NCBI RefSeq assembly: GCF_000143415.4
Contig: NW_003314424.1
Location: forward strand, 157,647 to 221,646
DNA length: 64,000 bases
Reading direction: 5' to 3'
From: Selaginella moellendorffii
Taxonomy: Eukaryota; Plantae; Lycopodiophyta
Position 1 is the first letter of the stretch; each line of letters starts with the position of its first letter. Of this stretch, positions 47,760 to 61,139 are shown piece after piece. The notes under the pieces are model-generated. The model ran no database searches. It saw nothing but the letters and a program-made list of their open reading frames with translations, and was not told the DNA's origin. Made by a program: the position numbers and the translations under genes.

Positions 47760-50124
47760 TCTTCTCCAGTTCGCATGTTGCTTTACATGTGGAATCCTTT
47801 CCACTTCACATGGAACTCTCTCACCTCGCGTCCTTGTCACTTGCTCTTGCGCGCATTGAGGATGGCTTCAACTTCATATTCCTCTTCCCCTTGGATAACC
47901 TCAGGTAAAGGTCTTATTTGGTCCTTGCGAAGCGGATCCTCAAAGTACGGCTTGAGTAAGTTCACGTGGAACACTAGTGCATCTTCCCCATCTCTCGAGG
48001 AAGTCGGAGACGGTAAGCCACTTTACCAATTCGTGCCTCAATCTCGTAAAGCCCTGCGAACCTACTTAAGGAACTCAAGATCAATTCATTTATAGGAATA
48101 CATGCATTTTTACCTTTGGGTCAACTTCCGGCTGATCCCACTTGGTGGCCTGAGGTTCTTGGTGTTTAGCCACACCTTCTCCCCAACTTGGAACTCTACA
48201 TCCCGGCGCTTCTGGATATTGCTAACTTCAAGCTTGCTTTTCAACTCAGCGTATATGCCACAATGTTGCTCTTCCCAGGCTTGTATAGAATCTCGCAATC
48301 AAACTCGGCCAAGGCATTGGCCCACCGACCCTATTTACCTCTCAAGTCGGGCTGTGACAAGAAGTGTTTCATTGCCACATTGTTTGTGTAAACCTTGAAG
48401 TGTCTCCCAAGGTAGTGTTGCCACTCCTTGAGTGCCTTGACCACCGCAAACAATTCCTTCTCGTGGGTAGGCCACTTCCTTTGAGCCTTGTCCAACTTCT
48501 TCGAGAAGAACACTACTGGATGGTTGTCTTGCTTCAAAACTACACCCAACGCAAAGTCTGAAGCATCCATTTCTACCTTAAAGTCCTTACCAAAGTTTGG
48601 TAATGCCAACACAGGAGCCTTCCTCAACTTCCCTTTGAGGTGGATGAATGTCGCCTTGCATTCTACTGTCCATACCATCTTCCCTTTTCTTGTTTGGTTT
48701 GTTAAGGGCAGGGCTACTCTCGAATAGTGTCTGATAAACTTTCGGTAGTAGTTGCATAGCCCCAAGAACGCCCTCAACTCATGTACATTCGATAGTCACT
48801 CCCATTCCTGGATCGCTTGGACCTTCTCTGGGTCCACCTTGAGCCCATCCTGGCCCACCACATGCCCGAGAAACTTTACCTTTTGTTGAGGAAAGTCACA
48901 TTTACTCTCTTTAGCATACAGTTTGTGTTCCCTTAGTTTCTCAAACACCTTCGTCAAGTGTTTGGCATGCTCCTCTAGCATCTCGCTATAGATTAGGATG
49001 TCGTTGATATAGACGACCACGAAGTGATCTAGATAGGGTACAAAGATATGGTTCATTAACGCTAAAACCATTGCTAGCGCATTGCACAGCCCAAAGGGCA
49101 TCACCAAAAACTCAAAGCTCCCATATCTAGTTCGATAGGTTGTCTTTTCGACATCTTTCTCTGCTACCCTGATATAGTAGTATCCTGACCTCAGGTCAAT
49201 CCTTGAGAAATATTTTGCCTTTCCCAACCTATCGAACAGGTCCTCAATCCTTGGCAAAGGGTACTTGTTCTTCTTTGTATACTTGTTGAGCAACTGGTAG
49301 TTTATGCACATATGCATAGATCCATCTTTCTTTTTCACCAATAACACCAGCGCCCCATACGGCGACTTGCTCAACCTAACATACCCTTTGTCCACCAACT
49401 CCTCTAGTTGGCGCTTGAGCTTCTCGAGTTCTTTTTTGTTCAAACGATAGGGGGGATGAACCACCGCCTCAGCACCCTCGAATAGCTCAATCTTATGTTG
49501 TATCAGTCGTGCGGGGGGCAACTCCACTAGTAACTCCTCCAGCATGGTATCCTGGAATTGGTCCAACACCCGCTGGATCACTAAAGGTACTTCTTCCGTT
49601 CCTGTCTTTTTGTCACTCTTCACCGAAAGTAAGCACAAAAATGCTACCTTAGTTCCTTTAGTGAGTTGTCCTCTCGTGGACACCAGGTTTAAGCAGGAAT
49701 CTTTGGCCTTGCTTTGCCCTACCTTTAGATCCTGGGCCTCCACCCTAGATCTTCTTCCTTGGGCATTCGCCAGTACCACAAGGTTCCTACCTTGTCCATG
49801 CAGGGCTACCATGAACCGATTGAACCAATCCATTCCGAAGATCACGTCAAATCCCGCCATGTCCAACATGGTGAAATCCATATCTACTTTCCATGTCCCT
49901 ACTTCGACTCTTGCTTGTCGAAGTACCTCATCGGTGCTTTGGCTACCTTGAACAAACTCTATAGTCCTTGGTTCGCCTAGCCGCTGCACCGTTAGTCTAG
50001 CTTGCCAAACTATGTCTGCAGCCACAAAATTATCCGAAGCACCTGTGTCAATAAAGATCTTAACAAAGCTACCTCCAAGCTTCCCTCGGAGGGCTAGTAG
50101 ATGTTGCGAATGACTCTCTACCAA
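47760..50124 (-). pseudogene. Gypsy pol: protease, RT, RNase H, integrase C-terminus and chromodomain, disrupted
   Basis: [37 protein letters not shown] (YIDD mutated), MDASDFALG, EKELFAVV, FQVGEKVWL, YEVEAILN..FHVKWKGF. Confidence 0.92.
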
Positions 50125-50178
50125 AGTTGCTCGTGTAATGAGTAACTTTGAGTTAGGGACTAGATCACATACCTTAGT

Positions 50179-51377
50179 TTAGACTTCACCCGACTTGATG
50201 GCCATATTGGCTCTAGCCTTCTTCGAGTAGGGACATTCCCTCGAAAAGTGTCCTGCTTCACCGCAATTGTAGCATACGTTGTTTCCCATGCTGCTATATG
50301 ACTTGACCTTCTTATGACTTCTTATGAATTGTCTCTTTTTGCTTGACTACCCCACGTACTCACTCACTGGCCACTGAATTTGCCTTTTCGGAACCCCGAA
50401 GACTCATTCTTAGAGAAACTCCTCTTGAATTTCCCTTTGGTATACATTCCCCTTGGTTTGGCCCCTTTGCTAAATGTGGACCTCGACCCCGTCGTGTTCC
50501 CCTTTCGCAGGTTATCGTTGAAATGCACCTTGATGGCTGCATCCAACGCTTCCTTGTAGTTGGTCAAGTTCCACCGCATCACCTCACCACGAGCTCAGGT
50601 TTGCAAGCCTGATATGAAGGCATGGAACGCATCCATATCACCCATATCCGTGACCAGTATCCTCTTTGCCATAAATCCATTCACATACTCTTGAATGGTT
50701 CCGGTCTACTTCAGCCTACTCAGCTCATCCCTTAGGTGTAGAGTAGCATTCGGAGGAACATATGTCACGCGGATCCTCGCCTTCATAATTTCCCAAGTGG
50801 CCACCGGTCCTTCGTTGGCCTCCGTCGTTCTCCACCAAGACTTGGCATTATCGTCCAAGTATGGTTTTGCATATGGGACCTTCTCTGAGCTTGGTAACCG
50901 CAATGCTCGGAAGTAGTCCTCCATATCGTAAAACCAATCCTCCACCATCTTATAGTCATTCACTCCCTTGAAGACCGGTGGGGGCTTTGGTTTGTACTTG
51001 GGAATTGCTTGAGGGACTGATTCCACTTTGGTCTGTTCGACCTTGTTTGATTCTGCCTCAGTCCCTACCAAGGGACCGCACCTTTTATGCTACCAGCATC
51101 TGTAGTCTTTCGCTTTTTCTTCCGCTTCTCGTCACGCTTTAGCTTGCATACGAGAGTCTCCAGTAGGGCATTAGTCTGCACTAATTGTCCTTTTAGAACG
51201 TCCAATCGAGCCTTGGGACGACTGAACCTCGTCACCAAACTCCTGTTTGGAAGTTTCCTCACTGGAGTCCTCCTCATGCAAAGATTCCTCATCCATAGCC
51301 TCTTGTTTGACCGGAGGCTCCAGCTCTGGTGGGGGTTCTATCTCCGCCTTGGTTCGTTTCCGCCCTACATTTGCCAT
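50179..51377 (-). pseudogene. Gypsy gag, disrupted
   Basis: PPVFKG..VEDWFYDMEDYF, AKSWWR, zinc knuckle; internal stops and frameshift. Confidence 0.85.
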
Positions 51378-52959
51378 CTCCCAGCAATCCGCCTTTATCC
51401 TTCGCTAGAACTGAGGAAAAGGCTCCGATACCAAATTGTAAGCCACAAATTTTTCCTTTCCAATTTGCCAGCTTACCTCATTTATCCAACCAACACTACC
51501 TTGGCTTGTGCTAAGTTCCCTTGCTAAGGTTCCCACCTATTGTACTAGCTCCTACTTGGTCCTACTTGGTTTCAGTTACTCACTGCACGAGCAACGGAGC
51601 GTTAGCCATCCATCCACAAATTCCCAAATCTCTCCCAATCCCCCTCCCCGGGTTATACTGGACTTAAGGTTCGGCTACACTCCCCGCAGGCATAAGCAGC
51701 CAAGCACACCAAGCCTCCAAGTTCCTAACATCCCTTGGTACAATAAGGCTTCATCATGGGACCCTCTAAATCCCAAGCCTTGGGTGCAACACTTGCTTCG
51801 AGACACTAAGGCGAAACACCGTGGCTTAACAGCCCGGTATGGGTACCTCTAAGCCCCTGAATGGTTTTCGAGCATAATAATCAATAGATCAGCCATTGGA
51901 AAATCTTTAGAAATTTGTGACAAATTTTCCATCCTAAAGAAAGAATGACTCTCAGTCTAGGAATATAAACTTTCAAAACTCAACCAACTTCCTCCTACCA
52001 ACAACTTCACCATAAGTTCACCTCAATATTGGTTCTCATGACCCAACAATATGTCTAAGCATAGAATATCTTGCCTATATTTCAACATCCAACACCANNN
52101 NNNNNNNNNNNNNNNNNNNNNNNNNNNNNNNNNNNNNNNNNNNNNNNNNNNNNNNNNNNNNNNNNNNNNNNNNNNNNNNNNNNNNNNNNNNNNNNNNTGC
52201 TCATTCCCACCCAGGCCCCTCGGCCCCAGTCTCAACCTCAAGTCAGTTTGGAAGCACCATTGAAGAGACTGAAGAGTTCCTTCAAGACTGGTTCTTGGAC
52301 TTCACTATCCCTACTATACTTTTGGAACCCCCTGCAGCCCCCCCCTCCCCGGGAGATGCAAGCTTTGGGCTTTCACCCCTTGACCTGTATTAGTATTTGA
52401 ACTCAGTCTCAAACTCGATCTCGGACTCGATCTTGGACCCGACTTTGGACTCGGTCTCGGACTCGATCTTAGACCTGATCTCAGACTCGACTTCGGACTC
52501 GACCTCGGACTAGGTCTCAGACCCAATTTGGATCTCGGACTCTGTCTCGAACTCGGTCTCAAACTCGGTCTTGAACTCGGTCTCCGATTCGGCCTCGAAC
52601 TCGATCCTAGACTCTATCTCGAACTTAGTCTCAGAGTCGGTGTTGGACTCGATCTTCGACTCAGTCCCATCCGATGAATTCTTTGTCATTTCGGTCATGC
52701 TTTCGGGGATCCTTTAGCCTACGACACCTCGAGAAGTTAGTTCCTTACAATAAGGTGCCAAGAGAGTGAGGCTCTCAACTTCCATTTATGAGGGCGTAAA
52801 CTTGTAGGGAAGTATAGTGGATTATAAATAACTAAGGAGAACGATTTGAAAGATGATTTATGGTGTTAAAATATAGAGCAAAAGGGCCTATAAATAAAAA
52901 TGCATCTTCATTTTCAATCAATTACCGAGAAGTCCAAATTCAAGCTTACAACCTCCTTT

Positions 52960-53350
52960 TGAGGTTCTTACCACATAACCACCATCAAACTACCTTATAA
53001 ACTCCACCATTAAACTAACCAATTTTATCTCTATATATCACCTAATGTTATATTTAAATTTCATCCCATAATCACATATACTATATCAAAGCTAACACCT
53101 AACAATTCTCCCCCACCTCTCAATAAAGTTTTTATTCTAAGGATGGGTTGTACTAGTGATCACCCTTTTTAGAGAATTTTATTTTAACTTTTAGTCCATC
53201 ATCCATAGACATATATATCAAGGAGGTGTTAGGCCTTTCACTCCAATATAATACACTTTCCAACTTGTTAATATAAAATATTAGATGAATTTTCACCCAA
53301 ATTAGTAGTTGCATTGAATAAATCACCTTACCAATGTGCTCTAGCACTTC
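52960..53350 (-). mobile_element. Old Gypsy 3'-end remnant
   Basis: LEHIGKVIYSMQL..KIHLIFYINKL integrase tail, then PPT gaggtgggggagaa and TGTTA. Confidence 0.55.
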
Positions 53351-53362
53351 ATATGAATCAAC

Positions 53363-53440
53363 TGTAAAGAACCAACTCGCAGAGGTGCCATAGGCTAAAG
53401 AATCCTTAAAATCACAACTGAAATGATAAAGAGTTCATCA
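53363..53440 (+). mobile_element. Start of an LTR related to the Gypsy LTRs (extent unresolved)
   Basis: tgtaaagaaccaactcgcagaggtgccataggctaaagaatcc aligns with the LTR start at 37766. Confidence 0.55.
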
Positions 53441-55655
53441 ATCTTCTAGCCCTTGGTTGCAAAACTCAATAAGATCCAAAGCAACATTTAGTAGCTCAAA
53501 AGAAGAGTTCGAGGTATGTCCTTCCATGGACAGTGTATGCAGAGACATAGCATATCAACAACCAACTCGCTAAAGAAAATGTAAAGCTCTATAGCAAGAT
53601 CCGCACTCTCAAAGCAAAACAGTCTACAATAATAGAAGATGACAATGAAAGCGAGCATGATGAGGAGAACGACGATGATAAGGAATTCCACTAATGACTC
53701 AACAAGTTCAAGGTTGAACTCAAAGGAAATCTAGCACCAACAATGCCAATTGACGCAATGGAGCAATAGGAGCCTCAAGACAAGGCTCTATTTAGTTATG
53801 GGAGAGTAAAGCACAGCCAATTAACCATGCATTCACATTTTCTTGATAATTAAGATTACAATTTTGACACTTAAGGTTACAATCTTGACAACCAAGATTC
53901 AGGAAGAAGTGGCAGTTGCCACTATGTAGGAGTAGTTAAAGGGGAAAGTTAACACTTGATCCCTATCCCCTATCTCTATTGTACTCTGGCCAATCACTAA
54001 TGCACATCCATTTTCTCAAGACTTAGAGTATTTTAGTGATGTTAAACTTATCCTTATTCACAACCTCTTGCATAAGACTTCTTGGGGATTGAAGGTGTTA
54101 GGTTAATTTTTAATTTATTTGTGTGTTCAGGAGCATGTTTTAGGGCAAAAAATACAATGCTAACACAAGAACCATGGCATTGAAAGCTCTTTGATTTATT
54201 ACAACCACAAACAACAAACCATCGCAACTAATTCTATACTAAATTTTCTCTCACACTGTAGCAAAATTGCAGTAGCCATATCAACACCTATACAACCACC
54301 ATTTTTCATGGTTTGTATTTTGAGTGCTAAATTATTATTTCTAGGAAAGATTTATTTTGTGAAAATTACAAAAAAAATTCTGTTATTGTAGACAATAAAA
54401 TCCAAGTTTTCTTCTCAATAAAGTATGTTTAGTAAGATTTATCTTTTGGATTTCTATCTCTCAAGGTAATATAAGTTTATTTGGTTTTACAAGTACTTTT
54501 ATATAGATTCCCATTCATCACTTTAAGTAGATGCTAAAACTTGGTAATAAATTTTAGCCTCTCACTAATTGGCATTCAATCACACTTCTATACTTATAAT
54601 TGAGCTCATTTTGAGAGAGATTTCCATCCTCCCATATTATAATTCTTATTGGATAGCTTTAGAGGTGGTTTTTGGTTCTCTTATAGATTGGAAATTAAAC
54701 CAACATTGCCCAATTGTAGTGATAGGGACACTATTTCTATTAGAGTGCATTTCACTTATGTATTTTAGACTTCAAACACTAATTCAATTCAAATCAAATA
54801 GATTGAAGATGCCCTTTTGCAAGTGAACATTTATCAAGTGGGGAATTTTTGGGCAAGGACATCTCAAAAGAACATTAACACATTTGTGCATTTATGCAAT
54901 TTTTCAATTAAATATGGAGGATTGTCATTTGCTCAATACATATGATTTCAATTTTAAGAGTAGGAATATACTTCACTCAAAGGTATATTATATTTTAAAC
55001 TAGCAGGGAACCCAGCTCCGCTGGGATAGTTAGATGCTAATTCTAAAAAGAGAACAATTTATTAAATCTTGTTTAAGTTCAATATGTAACAAGCACTTGG
55101 TTTATTTAGTTTTTACTAAGTGATTGCAACCATACACTATCTTCTTAAATGTTTATCTGGAATAGAATAATACAAGCTTGGACTCAAAGCGTCAAAGAAT
55201 TATTCAACACATGAAGAGGTGGCTCAATCATATTCCTCAATTTGGTATATNNNNNNNNNNNNNNNNNNNNNNNNNNNNNNNNNNNNNNNNNNNNNNNNNN
55301 NNNNNNNNNNNNNNNNNNNNNNNNNNNNNNNNNNNNNNNNNNNNNNNNNNNNNNNNNNNNNNNATGACTGTATTTTCTGGTGGTCTATGTGTTTGTTCAT
55401 TATAACATGCTAAATTCTGATACAGTTGATGCATTTGTCATTTATTGTCCACTTGAGAATCATGTGTTGTTCTTTCCCTTTTTTAGTTTTTGTATCTTGA
55501 CATTCCTTTCTTGCTACAGATAACCATCAAACAGAGCTGATGTTTGCTAGGAGGTGTGTTTTATTTTATTTGTTTTTGCAAGTTCCATGTAACTACAAAA
55601 CAAAACACAGATAAATATATCAACGTGTAAAAGATTAGAATGGAATCTGCATACC

Positions 55656-57547
55656 TTAGGTGTCAAGTCCAAGTATATAGAACCTTAGCTTCTCCATGTC
55701 TTGGTATTTTTCAAGCTTGCTCCGGATTTTGAATTTGTAAATCTTTGAGCGGATACCATCGATAAGTAGTGAAAATGCAGGGTAGTTCTCATCTCACATT
55801 GTAGCTAGTTCCTTTGCTGACATTCCCACTATTTCCTGTGTAGCCTCTTGAAATGCAATGGCCCACACATGACTGCTACTATCCTCGATGCACATCTTTA
55901 GAGCATACTTGAACTCCATGTTGGCAGACTCAAAATTGCAATAATTGCAGAACCAACCATCTGCTGTTCGGGTAGTTTTTTTGCCACATTGCCGTGCATT
56001 CACGACATTGATGCATGCATTATAGTAAAACTCATCTGTCTTCATTTCCTTCACAGTAGCTATCACTCTATAGATAGGGGAACTCTCTAACACCTTTAAC
56101 TGCATGTTTGATATCTCTGATAAAGTAGTGGTGCAGCTAACAGTCTGTCTGGATGATGAAGTGCTCAAATGTATGAAGTTAGTGACATTGTAGTACAATG
56201 TCATCCATTCTCTCAAATCAGCCACTGCTTCCATTTCCGGTTCAATAAGAATGGTGCTCACACCAATTGCTGAAAGTGATTTACCATTGTAGTCNNNNNN
56301 NNNNNNNNNNNNNNNNNNNNNNNNNNNNNNNNNNNNNNNNNNNNNNNNNNNNNNNNNNNNNNNNNNNNNNNNNNNNNNNNNNNNNNNNNNNNNNTGGCTG
56401 AACTCCACTGTCTATCCGCTCCTGTATATATGAGCCCTCTTCTTCTGCTTTTAAATCCCAGAGACATAGATCAACACTGTGGCCTGAATCATCACCTAGA
56501 CACAATGTTCTCTTCTTCACAAAAGTTCCACTGTCACGAGATGTTACTGTAATTGTACCAATCCATATTACGATACCAACCACATCGACAAAAGAGTCCC
56601 TTTCCTTCTGACACGCACTTAATATGCTTGTTTTTGCCAAGACAATTCTTGGGAACGTTGCATCCTCATCCAAAGCTGTAAACACCATACCTTTGTTAGC
56701 CTGAATCTCCCATGTCACTTCAAATGGTGTGTATGCCTGATTGGAACGTCGTATTCCACCACTACCAGAAAATGAATACACTGTACCCTGTACAATCTTA
56801 TCTGACAAAACCAAGGCACAATCATCGGAGCCAATAATTCTAATCTCTGTTCCCTGGACATCGACAACGTCAAATGACATTATGCATCCAGATCTTTTCG
56901 TGTTGAAATGTATCAACTTGTTCTTGTGTGTGACTCTTGCACGGAAGGACCACCTGTAAGAACGGTCACTGATTTCTTTGATGAACACCTCTTTTATGAC
57001 GGCCTTTTTTGAGCTCTCTCCCTGTATCAAAGGGAACAAATTGAATAAACTGGTTTAGACGTGAAATACCTTTTCCATGGACTCCTGGGCTCGTTTTTGA
57101 CCCTGGCAAGTTCAATTGTAGCAGTTATTTTAGAATTAAAACCAAAGAAAGGACTTACCACTTTCATATCTTGAAGGATAGGGTTTGAGTGTGTGCGCTT
57201 CCATACTCCACCATCCAGGAAGCATGCATCCGAAACAATCAATGACCTACAGAATATTTTGGAGTTTAAAATGCTCTGTCAAAAGGAAAATACACTTACT
57301 GTTTCCCATTTGTCTCAAGGAACGCGTAGTCCAGGAATTTTACAAACGAATTCAGACGGGCACCACATGAATCTATTAAACTTGAAACTTGGTGTGATGC
57401 AATTGCCTCGAGTATTTCTCTGTCATCCGTGACCGAGAACTTCTTGGTCAGAGGACCAGGCTTTGAATCTATATTTGTCACACGCAACACGAGTTCCTCT
57501 TTCGAATTTTTTTTTACCCTTCTGATCCCATCATCTGTGCACTTCAT
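55656..57547 (-). pseudogene. Helitron-borne RPA70-like ssDNA-binding protein
   Basis: WSFRARVTHK, FVDVVGIV, GDDSGHSVDLCLW, DYNGKSLS, C4 zinc finger YNAC..CGKK..WFCNYC; premature TGA at 55794 followed by in-frame YKFKIRSKLEKYQD. Confidence 0.85.
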
Positions 57548-60289
57548 GATTGTTCACGATAGGGTTTCTCCGTGATATCTGCTATATAATGTTCACATTT
57601 ATCAAACCGTTGGAAACGTTGTTATCACTGCCTTGATGCATATGCATTGGTTGAAATAATAAAATTTATTCTTGTATTAGTGGGGAAAAAAGATTACGAC
57701 TTTATCTTCCTCCTCCCTCTCCAGAAGAGTTAGTGGCAAAAGTAGTTTATCTTCTCGAGAAACTTAAGTTCTTGTTCATTTTTAAAAAAAAAAAACTGAT
57801 TCTACACTACCGGCCAAAAGCCCTCTCCATGATCTACCGATCTTCATGTTTAATAACAACTGTGGCAATACACGGCTCCTCTTTCCCACCAGCAAGTGCT
57901 CTAGAAAACTTAAAGGAATCGTGGCCTTGTCGATTCATCCCAAGCCACCTGCAGAAGCAGAGACATAAACGTTCTGTGAAGGTTTTGTAAACTTCTCAAA
58001 GTCGCCCATAATGGATCCCAGGCGCAGCGCGTCGCATCCAAGAAGGTAGTCATAACAAGCAAGGAATCTTTGCTTTACTATTCTGATTCTGGCGGCATGG
58101 AGTTCCATGACTTGAAATCACAGAGAACCTACACAGTATGATCCATGTCTAGTCACAGGCGTTTTTCTAGGTCTTTCCCTTTTGTTACCAAGGTTTTAAG
58201 GACCAAAGAGGATTACAACGCCCACGGAAACGGATTGCGTCCAGATAAGCACAAAATTGTGTCTGATGCATCTTCCAACACTCGAATTCCAGCTACACTT
58301 GCTGGTTATGAACGCAACTACTGAACACCATTTTGATCCATAGCAAAACAGTTTGATCTTCGTTTATTTGTAGTGTAGAAACTTGATGCATTCTTAAGCT
58401 TTTATAGGGCAAGCGTGTGCGAAGGGAAACAACTCCCAGGAAAAACACTTTCCTTTTCTTTTTTTTTCATCTGATTCTTCGTCTGAAAATCAGACGAATC
58501 CAACCAGCTCCAACCAGCTGCTCAAAGCATGCGATCCAATAAGCCAGACAGTAGGGCATGCATGTGAGTTGGCCTGCGTAATCTCCATTTCCCGGTGGCT
58601 GTCTTGCACGGTTAAGGAAACCTTTTCAAAAATCTAAAGGCTGAAGATAACAGGTGTTAGAACCCAGCGACAAGTAAAAGATCCACACCTGATTCCGATG
58701 TAACTCTCGAACCACCCTCGTCCTACCCCAGCCGTTAAGCTGGAAGAGACAAATGGTACGTGAAAATTCAGTCGGGCATCATAAAGAATGTCTACTCCAC
58801 CACCCTGGTACCCCGTGTCAAATGCTCGACCTGTAGCAGCACCAGACATAAACAATCATACAAAATTGCTGTTGCTATCTGTATGGCTTGTTGTGGACGG
58901 TAGTCCTTGTACTGCTGCACCTCTTCCGCTCTCATCCATGTACACTGATGAACTGTGNNNNNNNNNNNNNNNNNNNNNNNNNNNNNNNNNNNNNNNNNNN
59001 NNNNNNNNNNNNNNNNNNNNNNNNNNNNNNNNNNNNNNNNNNNNNNNNNNNNNNNNNTATGACTGTGATAATCGTCTTGTGCTGGATGATTTTTCTGCAC
59101 AAAGAATGCTTGTTTCCGTGTCTTGTATGCTAGAAGTTGATGTTGTGTAATCCAGAAACACAAAAGTCAAGTGTAAGCCTTTTTTTTATGCAGGTTCCAA
59201 ATGATTGTAATTCAGCAGAGCAATATTTCTATCTACCAAGTAGAGTAATGGGAACTATTGCAAACCATCGTTGAAGAGCTGTAATATTTAAAAATTACGA
59301 TGCAAAAGCCAGTGCTACTTTTTCAAAGCTAAGAAATTGGTTCCCTTTCAACAAAGTTTGCTGCTGGGTTTTGCCTTTAAAGCAGAAGCTGGTGTGCCAA
59401 ATCCAAACCCTTCACACTCACCCGAGGAGAGGAACTATGTCATGTGGTCTGTTACACAGGTGGAGCTCGTCCATACGTACATGGACTTCCTCTTCCATGG
59501 GGGCTGCTATCTGGTTCGGCTGGATGAGCTGTATTATTTGGATTTATTTAGTTTATTTTCTGGCAATTTGAAATTTTTTTTATACCATCAAATTAATGAT
59601 GAGAGGACCATAGTATAGATTAAAACTTTTTTCTCAATCTATTTTTTAATATCTGTAAGACATGATGTTTTTCCTTTTTCTCAATCTCATTTTAATATTT
59701 GTCATGCTCATTGAATAGCCCACCGCTTGATAAGACTTATCATTCCGTTCAGCTGTTGAATCTGTAATAATAACAAATACAGCTCAAAAAATACAAAATC
59801 ATCTGAGAGGGATTAGAGGAAGATCAAGTACATTCTTTTGGGTTTTCAGCAACTGCCATTTTTAGATGTGCCTCCGCTCTGAAATGGAAATTTAAAGTCA
59901 GAAATAGATACAATTCATACGTACTTCAGTGATAGTTCCCTCAATGTAGCTAGTTTAGGGAAGTTATGTATTGGCTGAGCATCTTTCAGTGTGGAGGTGA
60001 TCTCAGTGTCTGTTTTTTTTCTAAATAGAAACTCTGCTATTTGTGATTTTACATTCTGGAAATCATCAGATTTTGAGTTAGCTTAAATTTAATTTATGTT
60101 TCTCACAAATTTACACCAAATACCTTATCTATTTCATTAACAAAGTGAGATTCCGATGCCTTTGTTGCTTTTCTTTGAAAATGTTTGGTGTCCTCGCAAT
60201 CTTAGGACAATGATCACCAATCTTTTCGCAAATATGCTATATTTAAAAGACCAAATAATTATGGAATAACGCCTTAAGAAGGGAAGGCA

Positions 60290-60710
60290 AAATTTCCACC
60301 AACGAACACAACCACTGGAGGAAAAATGCCCGTGCCCTGTCCAAAAGGAGACTCGGACAATACCACAAAGTTAGCAAACTTTCCTGGCGTCAGCGACCCA
60401 ACCAAATCCTCTAATGCAGCTGCATACACAGCCGAGGATGTGTACCTGTGAATCCAAAAACAAAAACTGCATTTCAGTTTCTCATCTGTTATCTCTTACC
60501 CTGCCACTACGTCCCATGCAGAAATCCTTTCCTTGGGATGACTCCAGCCTGAAGTGTTCTCTCCACGGCTGTGTGGATTCCTCCAAGTGGATTCACTGCT
60601 ACCACCTTGAGACAAACCATTCATGTAACGCCGAAGAAAAAGTATTTGACAGGCTTACAGGCCAGTCAGATCCTAGAGCAACCACACTACCGTTTCCGAG
60701 GAGGGAAATC
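60290..60710 (-). pseudogene. Captured 3' exons of a LAF3-type amidohydrolase
   Basis: SLLGNGSVVALGSDWP / VVAVNPLGGIHTAV / YTSSAVYAAALEDLVGSLTPGKFANFVVLS with GT-AG introns. Confidence 0.75.
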
Positions 60711-61139
60711 ATTGCACTTCACCAGTTTATACCCCTCTTTGTGGCAAGCCTGTAGCTTTTGCGTTATAGAAGTGTAAAGTAGGGACCATGTATTAGCACC
60801 CACTCTGCAAAAGAGAGTCGATTAGGAAGGATTCTAGCAGTGTATCACCTTTTCACGTCTATGTTCACAGAAGATTATAAAGAAGGTAAACTAACAAAAA
60901 AAAGCACATTACTAAAAAACAATCTTTTGTATTGTGTAGACAAAGAAGAAACAACTGATAATCCAGAAGAACAAAAAAAAGGTGAGGCTGTGTAATAAAG
61001 ACTTTGTGAAACTTTAATAATTATAGGAAGAGCAAGTATGGATATCCATGGTTTCTTTGAACTCCTCTTTGCTCGGTTAGCCTTTACTACGGCCTTTTGG
61101 ACGTCCTGTGGTTTCCTCCTGTGATGTTTTCCTTCCTGG

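Larger units (their letters stand above)
47013..52749 (-). mobile_element. Ty3/Gypsy chromovirus copy 2 (integrase core deleted)
   Basis: 5' LTR 51437-52749 (interrupted, contains a gap), PBS TGGTATCGGAGCC, gag with CYNCGEAGHFSREC knuckle, 3' LTR from 47013 to the gap; TSD GTAAG/ATAAG. Confidence 0.92.
46706..52950 (+). mobile_element. Third copy of the Cassandra-like TRIM, split by Gypsy copy 2
   Basis: LTR1 46706-46868, PBS tggtatcaaag, internal region rejoins across 47012/52755 and aligns with 41745-41850, LTR2 52823-52950. Confidence 0.75.
45562..59057. other. Six assembly gaps (45562-45770, 47655-47754, 52098-52197, 55251-55363, 56295-56394, 58958-59057)
   Basis: N runs; four are exactly 100 N and probably placeholders. 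Confidence 0.95.

Noticed and set aside
51855-52197. Novel insertion in the 5' LTR of Gypsy copy 2
   Set aside because: Adjacent to a gap with no second boundary visible; misassembly cannot be excluded.
56295-56394. Frameshift in the RPA70-like gene
   Set aside because: Falls in a 100-N placeholder gap; the flanking protein suggests only about 10 codons are missing.
57925-57955. ARF-like VAWDEST exon scrap on the - strand
   Set aside because: Seven residues are too few to support a call.
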